DNA of 64,000 nucleotides from contig CATQHZ020000001.1 of NCBI GenBank assembly GCA_958296135.2, positions 1,632,001 through 1,696,000 on the forward strand, given 5' to 3'. The notes beneath the pieces were generated by a model. The model was given only the letters and a program-made list of their open reading frames with translations, was not told the origin of the DNA and did not search any database. This DNA is from an uncultured Poribacteria bacterium. GTDB lineage: Bacteria; Poribacteria; WGA-4E; WGA-3G. Both the position numbers and the translations under genes were made by a program. Of this stretch, positions 47,998 to 57,212 are shown piece by piece (position 1 is the first letter of the stretch; each line of letters begins with the position of its first letter).

Positions 47998-48104
47998 TTT
48001 TTGTTGTTCCTAGCGGTGGTTCCGCTGCCACTTGGCAGCGGATGTTGTCCTATCAGGCCGTCTTCACGTTGTGAAGACTTACGGTTCTGTGGGTGTGACA
48101 GATG

Positions 48105-49028
48105 TCACCCCATTTCCTGCACCGCTTTGCAGGTGCGCAGGTGGACATTTTTCGGCGGCGCATCGTAGCCTTTCCACGCGTAAGGGTCGACACCAGAAAC
48201 CGGGATGACGCAGCGCCTGTCCGCGCTCGCCGGCCGCTCACCTTCTCGGAGCGTCCACGGTAACAGCGACCAGGAATTACAGTAATGGTTCACTAAAACG
48301 CGCCGGAAGGTATCGCCGCGATTCTTGCGGGAACGATGGAGTAAATATCCGTTGAAGAAAACGAGCGAACCCGTTTCCACTTCCACAGGCACTTCATCGT
48401 TGTCATTGAAGCCGAAACTCTCCTCGGCGAAGTCAAATTCATCGGGGTTCTCGTGCGCTTTCTGTGGATAGAGATACCCTTGCCGATGCGAGCCGGGCAG
48501 AATCCAGAGACATCCGTTCTCAACCGTCGCGTTGTCCATCGCAATCCACGCGCCTATCAGCGACCGGTCGCGAGTCGGAATGTAAATCTCGTCCTGATGC
48601 CACGCCTGCCCCTGAAAATTGGGCGGCTTAACGAAGAGCATGGACTGCATGCACTTCACGCTGCCATCCCAATGGGGGAGATGCGCGGCGGTTATCTGAC
48701 TCAGGATACCGCAGATTTTCGGGTGCTTGACATATTTCTCCATCACCGGGCTGACAAAATGCGGTTGATGGACGCAGAGAATGCGGCTGATTGCCTCTTC
48801 ATCGCTAACGGTATCCGGAAGCGGTTTGATGCTATCGCACGGATATCCGCCACGTGCGAGGGCGGCAGTGTCTTGCCGCAACTCCTCGATTTCGTCAAGC
48901 GACAGCAGTTCTGGGACGACAAGGTAGCCGTTTTCGACAAAAAACTGCGTCTGCTCGTCTGATATGATTTTCGGCACCTCAATGGCGTTGCCATTGACAA
49001 TTGCGCCTTCTATAAACTTTTCTGTCAT
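48105..49028 (-). CDS. PhyH-family dioxygenase
   Basis: FFVENGYLVV, FVKPP, WHQD, WIAMD.AT.ENGCL..LPGSH, LLHRS..N; promoter TTGACA-17-TACAAT at 49394-49366. Confidence 0.92.
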   Translation of the reverse strand: MTEKFIEGAIVNGNAIEVPKIISDEQTQFFVENGYLVVPELLSLDEIEELRQDTAALARGGYPCDSIKPLPDTVSDEEAISRILCVHQPHFVSPVMEKYVKHPKICGILSQITAAHLPHWDGSVKCMQSMLFVKPPNFQGQAWHQDEIYIPTRDRSLIGAWIAMDNATVENGCLWILPGSHRQGYLYPQKAHENPDEFDFAEESFGFNDNDEVPVEVETGSLVFFNGYLLHRSRKNRGDTFRRVLVNHYCNSWSLLPWTLREGERPASADRRCVIPVSGVDPYAWKGYDAPPKNVHLRTCKAVQEMG

Positions 49029-49427
49029 GATGTTGTCTCTCAACGTTGGTTGACCTTTTAAGGTGTCGCTGGAGCCCTGTTACACTCGGGTTTTCGCAAA
49101 ACCAAAAGTTAACATATTTTTTTTTGCGATTTTCCGAGCGGTTTTGTGATGGCGGTTGCATCCTTGTGTCACAGGGGTTTCTCGCGCTTTGGGACAATTT
49201 GCGCCAGGTCAACTACGGGCGAATAGTTGACCTTTGCGCGGATTGCGGCTTTGGTTCGTTCACGGCCGATATCGCGGTAGTGTTGGAAGTATTCCCAACA
49301 GGGTTTTCTCTCTCCCTCGCGCTACGATAATATGACGTTCTTGTGACGTTTTGGTTCTGATATTTATTGTATAAAAATATGCAAAAATTGTCAAGAATTC
49401 TTTTTCGGGGGATTCTTCAGGGAGGCG

Positions 49428-49619
49428 TTAGAAGAAGATTTCGGAGAAGCCGCAGGAGAGGCACTCGTAGAAATCGGGGAGGTCTGCTGCCTGTTCTGGC
49501 ACAGGCACTTCGGGGAGCGATGCATCAAACCGCTTCATGTCCCACTGGGCGTAAAAGTGCAAGTCGAGACAGACCGCGAGGATGAGGCTTATTCCTACAA
49601 TGAGGGTTCGTTTGTTCAT
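49428..49619 (-). pseudogene. Possible truncated remnant of a membrane-anchored protein
   Basis: MNKRTLIVGISLILAVC signal-anchor followed by YAQWDMKRFDASLP, then an early stop after 63 aa. Confidence 0.3.
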
Positions 49620-49656
49620 GTTCCTGATGTCTCCGAAAAAATCGCGATTCTGTCTG

Positions 49657-51786
49657 CTATAAACGGTTCGCGAAAAACATCTCAATTATTACGAGTGCTA
49701 GCACCGCGAACATCAGATATGTCCAAACGTTTTGGTTCTTCTCAACGTCTTTTCGGTATTGCGCGACCAGTTCTCCCTGAGTTCCACCATTTTCTGCATC
49801 GGCATCCGTCGGCGTTCCGATGAGCATGCTGGTGAGCTCTTCAACGTCACGGGATGCCAAGTCGGATTCAGTTGCATCGACGTTAACGACGAAATACTGA
49901 GGTTCTGTCGCGGATGCATGCACGGAATAGATGCCGGGGAGGTGCGTGGTTTTATAGATTAACATATCTTCTTCGGCAAGCGTGCGCGTCTCGGCTTTGC
50001 TCGGGTCGAAAATGGCCACCTCCTGGCCGATATGCTCGTCAAATCCGTGCAGGGTGATGCTGTCGCCGACCTGGTGCGCAGGCGTATCTTCCGCTCGCAC
50101 CAAGGCGAGATATTTGATGCACTCGTGCAGGAACGGCAAATAGACTGCACGGATGGGCAAATCGTTCCACTCTCTGTCAATCGTTGATGTCCAGCAGAGG
50201 ACGCGCCCGGTTCCGTGGACTTTCTCAAGGAGTGCTGGGTTGTCATCGTCGTAAGCGGCGAGGACGGTTGCTTCTGCTGTCAGCACGGCCTGAAAATATC
50301 GGTAGATGCGCGCCTTGCCGAAATCACCGTGGTTAGGTTCTTTGAACGGTGCGAAAATCGGGTGCTCGTAGTTAACAGTGGCGATGACACGAAATTGTTC
50401 CCGCACGATGGCATCGCCGACAGCTTGAACAAAAGTGCAAGGCATTAGTTCGTCAAGCGTCTGCTGATACGCTGTGCTATCCACCCGGTCTCCTGCTGTA
50501 ACAATCAGTCCTCCGCCTGCACTGACGTAAGTCTTCAAGCGTTGTGCTTCCGCTGCCGTGAGACTCGGCACATTCGCGAGGATGACGACATCGTAGTTCG
50601 CCAGATGCCCTTCCGGCAACTTCGCCGATTCTGTCACGTCGATGGGAACGGCAGTGTTACCCACTTCAATCGCCCGTTTTAGAAAGAAGAGTTCATCGTC
50701 ATGCTGCGCGTCGGATTCGCCGTTGACACAATGCACTTTAATCGCCTTTAAACTTTGTAACATAAAATAGCGTTTGTTGTCAACAGCGAGTGCATCGTCC
50801 GGAATTTCCACCCAGCCGGTATGTGTTGTTCCTAGCGGTGATGTGGCCTGGCGAGGGCCTGGCCCTCGCCCTACGGTTCTCGCTAGAGGCAGTTTGAAGA
50901 CTGCATCTGCGATGTCGTCGGGTTCAATGTCCACCTCTGTCGTGCTAACGGTTTGTCCATCAATGATAAGTTTCACCGTCACATCTTCTGCCGACTCATT
51001 CCCAAAATTATGGACGCGCGCGATGAGCTGCGCCGTTTTCTGTTCAGTCAGAACCACAGGCGGCACACTCATGCCGGTGATGGCAACATTGCGTGGTGCT
51101 TCAGCACGCACATCGACAAAGACGATGGTGACATCAGGACTCAGTTTATCAGTCTCAACCACGTTCTCCCATCCCTTTTTTTGCATGTCCGCGACTAGGT
51201 AAATCTCCTTTCTTCCGATGAGGAGCGGCTGAAGGAGTTCATCCGCTGTCTGGAGCGCGTCAAGATAGTCTGTTGTCTCGTTCGTGGCCTCGGCACTGTT
51301 GATAGCGGTGCTGATATGCGAAAACTCGGAACCGAGGGGCGCGACGACGCGTGCTTTATCCGATGAGAGGATAAGGCACGCGGCATCGGCGGTATCAAGT
51401 CCACCTAGAATTTTTAACGCCTCTTTTTTCGCAGTCACGAACGTATCGGCTCCGCCACCAAAATACTGCATGCTGTAGGAAGTGTCAAGGACAATGATGA
51501 CGTTCCGTTTTCCACCTGTCTGCTGTGTGTTTGACACCGGGTCTGCTGCGAAATAGGGCCGCGCGAAGGCAGACCCGAGCAGCAGAACGATGAGGATGCG
51601 CATCAGCAGGAGCAGCATCTGCTTCAGTTTGTGCCGCTGCACGTTAGTCTGATGCGACATCTGAATGAAGCGCACTGTGCTGAAAATCAGCCGCCGTGCG
51701 CGTTCCCGATTTAGCAGATGGATGATGAGCGGCAGGGCGGCACCTAGCGCGCCTGCCGCTACGAATAAGGGTGTCAAAAATCCCAT
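49657..51786 (-). CDS. BatA-domain / vWA membrane protein
   Basis: LPLIIHLLNR, LLLLMR..I...L..AFARP, MIDAS DTSYSM, GATase-like YDVVILAN..GGGL, C-terminal TM with E. Confidence 0.9.
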   Translation of the reverse strand: MGFLTPLFVAAGALGAALPLIIHLLNRERARRLIFSTVRFIQMSHQTNVQRHKLKQMLLLLMRILIVLLLGSAFARPYFAADPVSNTQQTGGKRNVIIVLDTSYSMQYFGGGADTFVTAKKEALKILGGLDTADAACLILSSDKARVVAPLGSEFSHISTAINSAEATNETTDYLDALQTADELLQPLLIGRKEIYLVADMQKKGWENVVETDKLSPDVTIVFVDVRAEAPRNVAITGMSVPPVVLTEQKTAQLIARVHNFGNESAEDVTVKLIIDGQTVSTTEVDIEPDDIADAVFKLPLARTVGRGPGPRQATSPLGTTHTGWVEIPDDALAVDNKRYFMLQSLKAIKVHCVNGESDAQHDDELFFLKRAIEVGNTAVPIDVTESAKLPEGHLANYDVVILANVPSLTAAEAQRLKTYVSAGGGLIVTAGDRVDSTAYQQTLDELMPCTFVQAVGDAIVREQFRVIATVNYEHPIFAPFKEPNHGDFGKARIYRYFQAVLTAEATVLAAYDDDNPALLEKVHGTGRVLCWTSTIDREWNDLPIRAVYLPFLHECIKYLALVRAEDTPAHQVGDSITLHGFDEHIGQEVAIFDPSKAETRTLAEEDMLIYKTTHLPGIYSVHASATEPQYFVVNVDATESDLASRDVEELTSMLIGTPTDADAENGGTQGELVAQYRKDVEKNQNVWTYLMFAVLALVIIEMFFANRL

Positions 51787-51788
51787 TT

Positions 51789-52721
51789 TTACGAGATTCC
51801 CTGGCGTTTTGCCAAATAGGAAGTGAGCGCGAAATCGATTGGCGTTGACGTGTTTATCAGGTTGTAATCGATATCCGCCTGACGTAACGCCACGCTGTAG
51901 TCGTTGATAAACTGGTTGAAATGGCTCAAATAACTCTCCTGAATCGCCGCCGGGGTGGTGAGTATCTCCGCGCCGCTCTCCGAATCGACGAACCGAATGG
52001 GACGCTCATACGGAAAGGCGAGTTCTTGCTGCGCGAGCACGTGAAAGACAATAACCTCGTGCCCTTCGTGCCGGAGATGTTCTAAGCCTTTGACAACTTC
52101 GTCCTGGTGTTCGTCGTAGAGATCGGAGATGAGAATGACGAGCCCCCGTTTCGTGAGGCGTTCGGCAATCTGGTGCAGCGGTGCACCGAGTTGGGTGCCC
52201 TTCGCGGTTTGGAGTGTCTCCAAAGTTAACAAAATCGCGTGCAGATGCGATGCACTGCTGCGCGCCGGAAGATACTCGTGAAGCGTCTCATCAAAATAGG
52301 CGAACCCGATGGCATCGCGCTGGCGCGCCATGAAATAGGCGAGGGACGCGATGAGGAAACTTCCATATTGCAGCTTTGTTATCGGCGTGCGCTGCTCAGG
52401 TTCCATCGTTTCACGTTCATCATGCACCGGATGCATCATCGACTCACTTGTATCCAGCAACAGGTAGCAGTTGAGGTTAGTCTCTTCCTCAAACTGTTTG
52501 ATGTAATACCGGTCGGTGCGCGCGTAAGCCTTCCAGTCGATATGCTTGGTATCATCACCGGGCATATACTGGCGATATTGCGAGAACTCCACGCTGAAAC
52601 CGTGATAGGGGCTCTTGTGAAGTCCGGAGATAAATCCTTCCACCACAAATTTGGCAATCAATTCCAGATTGCCAATTCTGGCGAGGATTTCGGGATTTAA
52701 GTATCTGCGGCTATCTTTCAC
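51789..52721 (-). CDS. DUF58 family protein (MoxR-associated)
   Basis: GLHKSP..G.SVEF..YR.Y.PGDD..HIDWK..AR, FEEE, LDTSESM, ISD; GTG start with GGAGA RBS. Confidence 0.92.
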   Translation of the reverse strand: MKDSRRYLNPEILARIGNLELIAKFVVEGFISGLHKSPYHGFSVEFSQYRQYMPGDDTKHIDWKAYARTDRYYIKQFEEETNLNCYLLLDTSESMMHPVHDERETMEPEQRTPITKLQYGSFLIASLAYFMARQRDAIGFAYFDETLHEYLPARSSASHLHAILLTLETLQTAKGTQLGAPLHQIAERLTKRGLVILISDLYDEHQDEVVKGLEHLRHEGHEVIVFHVLAQQELAFPYERPIRFVDSESGAEILTTPAAIQESYLSHFNQFINDYSVALRQADIDYNLINTSTPIDFALTSYLAKRQGIS

Positions 52722-52817
52722 GGTGGATATTCTCCATTTTAATACGAATATGCGGCCTGATACGTCAACCTTTTCTGCACAGTAGCAGCCAAACAACGCA
52801 TTGCGCGGTATAAAAAA

Positions 52818-54683
52818 CTATTTTTTCTTGAGAACGAGGAGCGTCAGATCATCGAACTGGTCTGCCTCTCCTTGGAACGCTATTACTGCGTCGTAAACGT
52901 GCTTCATGATGTCCGCGGCTTGCGCGTTAGGTGCTTGACTCGCTTCTACCGCGTCTGGTTCAAGCCGTTCTTCATAATCCTCATCCGCAATGTTGATAGT
53001 TTCGGTGACACCGTCGGTATAGTAAATAACGACATCACCGCTGTTGAGCTGCACCTGCTCGGCGGCATAGTCGGCGATGAGCGGCACCATATCATTCGGG
53101 AACATGCCGAGGGGCAATCCGCCGATCTCTTCCCCTATCCACTGCGTTGTCCCATCCTTCCGCACAATCAAGGGTGGGTTATGCCCTGCATTGAGGACGG
53201 TGAGCATATCAGTTTCGGGGTTCAGATAGGTGTAGAAGAATGTGGCGAATTTTTCCTCTGTTCCGCTTGCATAAAGCAGAGAATTGAGGGTGAGTGCCAT
53301 ATCACAGAGCCGTTTCGCTATGTCTCTGTCAGGATTCGCGCCTTCGTCGGTTTTTGCTACTTCGGAGAGGAGCCCCGCTCGGAGTGTTGCCATGAGGAGC
53401 GCGGCTTGCATCCCCTTTCCGGAGACATCGGCGATGGCGAGCCCCCAGCGATTCGCGGCGGGAAGTTCAAGGCAATCGAAATAGTCACCGCCGACGGGCC
53501 CGCGGGGTTCGTAATGCCCGGCGACATCATAGCCAGGAATGTCGGGTAGCGTCTCTGGGATGAGGTTTTCTTGAATTTTTCGGGCTTCTTCCATCTCTGC
53601 TTGCAAATGGCGCGCTTCCAATGCCTCTTGATGCAGTTGCGCGTTTTCAATAGCAACGCCGGCCTGCTTGGCAAAGGAATCCAGTAGGATTGCATCTTCA
53701 TCGGTGAACGCCGTGATTCTGCCGCCGCGTTCTTCCTTATCGCCGACGACGAGCACCCCTAACACGTCTGCGTCGCGGCCGAGAATCGGCACTGCCATGA
53801 TGTTGTTCGCGCCAAGTCGCGCATCCTCGTGAGTGTCGGTGTGCGCGGTCTTCCCCTCTTTTGCGACATCTGCCAACGTCTTTTCTGTATGGCACTCTTC
53901 TCCCACACCCTCACCGTCTAGTTGGATTTTCGTTGGGAACTCGGAGGCAAGGGTTTCTGGAAAGGTGTATTTCCATTCAATCTCGGGCTGCTGCGAGTGC
54001 TTGAGTAGCAGCCCGCCGGCGTTTGCATCTAAGAGGGATACGGCTTGATGCACCACCTGCTGTGCTGCGTCTTCCGGCTGGAGCAGCTGGCAGATTTGCG
54101 GCGCGCTTTCAGCGAGCATAAACAGCCGGAACTTTTCGCCTTGGATGCCTTCCATCATCTGTGAATAGGCGATGGCTATTGAGAGTTGGTGCGCCAGAAT
54201 CGTTAGCAGTTCTTGCTCCCATGCCTCCAGTTCGGTTCGCCCTAAAAATCTGCCGAGGCTCAGGATGCCGAGCAGTTCATCGTGGATTTTCAGGGGTACC
54301 CAGAGGCGTGCATCTATGCCGGCGCAGAGCTCCGCATGCCGGGCGAAAAAACCTTCGAGCCCGGTCGGCGGTGAACCTATTTGAATAAACGGATGTTGCA
54401 GTAACTGCGCCACATCTTCCGGTTCCACGGCGATGATAAGGGATTTTTCATCGGCACGCCGTTCCGGTGCGGATGCGGCCACGGTGAGATAATTGTCTGC
54501 AGGATGGAAGCGCAAAATGGCACCGCGCGTGCTCTGAAGCGTGCCGAGTGCAATCCGCAAGTAGGTTTTGCTGGACACGTTAAAATTGCTATGTCCAGAG
54601 ATAAGCGTCTGCCCGAGTTGCTCCAACTCGGATAGACTGAAGATGAGCCGTTGTATTGTTTCTTCGGCTGTGCTGAGCTGCAT
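52818..54683 (-). CDS. GAF-GAF-SpoIIE (RsbU-like PP2C) phosphatase
   Basis: Two GAF-like regions; VGGDYFD, IADVSGKG..AAL, NAGHNPP, YTDGVTE, DDLT. Confidence 0.92.
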   Translation of the reverse strand: MQLSTAEETIQRLIFSLSELEQLGQTLISGHSNFNVSSKTYLRIALGTLQSTRGAILRFHPADNYLTVAASAPERRADEKSLIIAVEPEDVAQLLQHPFIQIGSPPTGLEGFFARHAELCAGIDARLWVPLKIHDELLGILSLGRFLGRTELEAWEQELLTILAHQLSIAIAYSQMMEGIQGEKFRLFMLAESAPQICQLLQPEDAAQQVVHQAVSLLDANAGGLLLKHSQQPEIEWKYTFPETLASEFPTKIQLDGEGVGEECHTEKTLADVAKEGKTAHTDTHEDARLGANNIMAVPILGRDADVLGVLVVGDKEERGGRITAFTDEDAILLDSFAKQAGVAIENAQLHQEALEARHLQAEMEEARKIQENLIPETLPDIPGYDVAGHYEPRGPVGGDYFDCLELPAANRWGLAIADVSGKGMQAALLMATLRAGLLSEVAKTDEGANPDRDIAKRLCDMALTLNSLLYASGTEEKFATFFYTYLNPETDMLTVLNAGHNPPLIVRKDGTTQWIGEEIGGLPLGMFPNDMVPLIADYAAEQVQLNSGDVVIYYTDGVTETINIADEDYEERLEPDAVEASQAPNAQAADIMKHVYDAVIAFQGEADQFDDLTLLVLKKK

Positions 54684-54843
54684 GTTTCTTGTGCTCCTTG
54701 CTCATTTCCCACGGCGTTTTGGCCTGACGGCCCCGCCCGACGTAACATTTTATTGGAAAGCGCGCCTCCCGGTTTAATGCCGGTGGAGAATGGAAGGTTT
54801 CGGCAGGGGAACCCCGCGGCGGGATTCCCCTTACGCGCCCGCT

Positions 54844-55188
54844 CTATAGATTCTCAATAGCGGCTTGTTCGTCAGGGAAGATGCCGGCATACTTCGCGAT
54901 GGCCATCATACGAAATGTGCGTTCCTGTGTCGCGGACAGCCCACAGAAGTTCAGCGTTCCCTCGCGTTCGTCAAGTGCCTCAATGATTTCTATGAGAATT
55001 GATATGCCAATGCTGTTAATCAGTGCCGTTTTCTCAAGATTGATGACGAGTTTCGTGCGTCCTTCCTGGATGAGCCCGTGTGCCTTCGCTGACAGTGCTT
55101 CTCCAAGTGCATCGTTCAGGTAACCTTCCGTATCAATCACGGCGTAATCCTGTTCATCACGAATCTGTATATCAAATTTGTTCAACAA
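54844..55188 (-). CDS. rsbV: STAS-domain anti-sigma factor antagonist
   Basis: 114 aa; LVINL....INSIGI..L, F..E..A. Confidence 0.85.
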   Translation of the reverse strand: MLNKFDIQIRDEQDYAVIDTEGYLNDALGEALSAKAHGLIQEGRTKLVINLEKTALINSIGISILIEIIEALDEREGTLNFCGLSATQERTFRMMAIAKYAGIFPDEQAAIENL

Positions 55189-55367
55189 AACAGAAGCCTC
55201 CTTCTCCTCCGTGTCGTCGGCGAGGAAATCGGAATCGCGCTCGTCTTCTCCAGCGCGTTTACAAATGGCGCGCTACAGCGCGCTTCCTGAAAATCGGAAT
55301 CGCGACTGGGAGCCCGCTCCTACCGGAAAAGGCATAAGCACTGCGGCGCGTGCGCAGCACTCACGCC

Positions 55368-55805
55368 TTAAGCCGTTTGTTTCCTTTTAATGACACTGAC
55401 AGTCGTCCCATTTGAGCCGCTCTCAATGTCCACTTCGTCCATGAGGGTTCTGACAATTTCTAACCCCCACCCGCGCTTATGCATGACAGGATCCAATAGT
55501 CCCGGCCGCTTCGCTGTGCTGGCACCAGGTTCATCGGATTCAAACCCGACTCCCTGGTCGGTGACTTTCAACTCCAGCTCATCATCCTTCATGATGAACT
55601 CAATGAACACCTGCTGGTCTTCGCTTTGGCTATGCTCAAAAGCGTTAATGCAGGTCTCGATGAGCGCGAGCTGAATCTCTTCAATCTGCCCCTCGTTAAA
55701 GTCCATCAATTCGGCGAGGACGGAGGCAATCTTGGCGGCGGCAAGCTCCATATCCGGGTACATCGGTATCGTCAGGAGCACTTCGTGTTTGGCTTTAAGT
55801 GACAC
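55368..55805 (-). CDS. rsbW: Anti-sigma factor / Ser kinase (HATPase_c_2)
   Basis: LALIE.CINAFEH, V.DQG.GF, RGWGL.IV..LMDEV, GT.V; promoter TTGACA-17-TATTAT at 55943-55915. Confidence 0.88.
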   Translation of the reverse strand: MSLKAKHEVLLTIPMYPDMELAAAKIASVLAELMDFNEGQIEEIQLALIETCINAFEHSQSEDQQVFIEFIMKDDELELKVTDQGVGFESDEPGASTAKRPGLLDPVMHKRGWGLEIVRTLMDEVDIESGSNGTTVSVIKRKQTA

Positions 55806-55996
55806 GCTGCGTTGCCCTCCTTTTCCAAAACTTATACGGAAGCTGGTTCCGATTATTGACGAAAATTTTTAGGAGAAATAACCGAATAATTGTCATTTCT
55901 CATATTACGTAACAATAATATCACTTTTTTCAAAATATGTCAAGGTTAAAATATTTTCAACCTAACCCAACCGACGATGGAAGCGCGAGGGCCTGG

Positions 55997-56059
55997 CCCC
56001 TCATAACCCCCTCATAACCCCCTCATAACCCCCTCATAACCCTCCGCAACCCCCTCAAC
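55997..56059. repeat. 11-bp tandem repeat (CCCCCTCATAA)x4 plus degenerate units
   Basis: Directly visible; flanked by palindrome halves at 55983 and 56066. Confidence 0.85.
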
Positions 56060-56120
56060 TTGACATGGCGCGGGACAGGCCCTCGCGAAACGCCTGCACC
56101 AAGACGGAGGTTATTTAATG

Positions 56121-57134
56121 CTACTCCTGATGCAGCGTCACCGAGCGGCGCGGCGGACTGAATTCCTGCGGCGTTAACGGCACCGCCTGATTCTGGTAAA
56201 CCTGCACCCGATAGGAGCCGTTGTCCGGCACGAACATCAAGCCATCGTTACTGACAGCGACAGACTTCGGTTTCCGCAGGTATTTCTGCGGCTCCAAATC
56301 TGCCATATCGCGCATGCGGTTGGGACTGGCATTCGTCATCATATAGTCTAACGCGACTTTTGACAACGTCGCATCGCCAAGGAACTTTTGCACGTACCGT
56401 CCCTCCGCGTTGAAGAGTTGTATCCGGTCGTTGCCGGTGTCAGCGACGTAAATATCGCCGTGTGCGTCTACGTCAATGCCCGCCGGCCGGTTAAATTCGC
56501 CGTTGCCGCTGCCAGAGCTGCCGAATGCGAAGAGAAAACCTCCCTCAGCGGTGAACTTCTGCACCCGGTCGTTCCGCCAATCCACGACGTAGACATCGCC
56601 GAGTTCGTCAACAGCGACACCCCAAGGCATGTTGAATTCACCTTCGCCGGTGCCGTAACTGCCCCACTGCAAGAGGAACTTACCGTCTTTGGTAAACTTC
56701 TGCACCCTGTGACTCAGGCTATCAACGACGTAGAGATTTTCATCAGCATCGAAGGCGATGCCAGCGGGGCCGTTGAGTTTCCCTGCGTTGGTGCCGTGTT
56801 CACCCCATGTGCCAATATGTTCGCCCTCGCTGTTAAATGCGACGATGCGATGCAGAAATTCATCGGAGACGTAGAGGTTTTCCGCGCTATCGGCGATGAT
56901 GGTGACAGGCCATGTGAATTGTCCATCGCCTTTTCCGTAGCCGCCCATCGTGCCGCGGTCTTCGTCATCAACGGTATATTTCCGGATCATCGCGGTGCCA
57001 TCGCTGCGGCACATGATATATAAACGTCCCTCTTTTCCGAGGGCGATATCGATGGGAAAGTTCGTTGTTCGCCGCATGCTGAGACACTTGAGGTAAGGAA
57101 AGCCCGCACGTAAGAGCCCATAAGGTCTGGCCAT
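56121..57134 (-). CDS. NHL-repeat beta-propeller protein
   Basis: Repeated G.G.G.FN.P.GIAVD..G.VYV.D..N.RVQKF. Confidence 0.92.
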   Translation of the reverse strand: MARPYGLLRAGFPYLKCLSMRRTTNFPIDIALGKEGRLYIMCRSDGTAMIRKYTVDDEDRGTMGGYGKGDGQFTWPVTIIADSAENLYVSDEFLHRIVAFNSEGEHIGTWGEHGTNAGKLNGPAGIAFDADENLYVVDSLSHRVQKFTKDGKFLLQWGSYGTGEGEFNMPWGVAVDELGDVYVVDWRNDRVQKFTAEGGFLFAFGSSGSGNGEFNRPAGIDVDAHGDIYVADTGNDRIQLFNAEGRYVQKFLGDATLSKVALDYMMTNASPNRMRDMADLEPQKYLRKPKSVAVSNDGLMFVPDNGSYRVQVYQNQAVPLTPQEFSPPRRSVTLHQE

Positions 57135-57212
57135 GGTTCATCTCCAGTTCTGTCATAGGATAGGCGGATAAGGCGCCGGTAGGCGCGGCTGGCAACCGCG
57201 CCTATCTGAAAC

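Noticed and set aside
49206-49233. GTCAACTA hairpin as an IS200/IS605 end or omega-RNA start
   Set aside because: Only a short match, with no tnpA, tnpB or iscB nearby.
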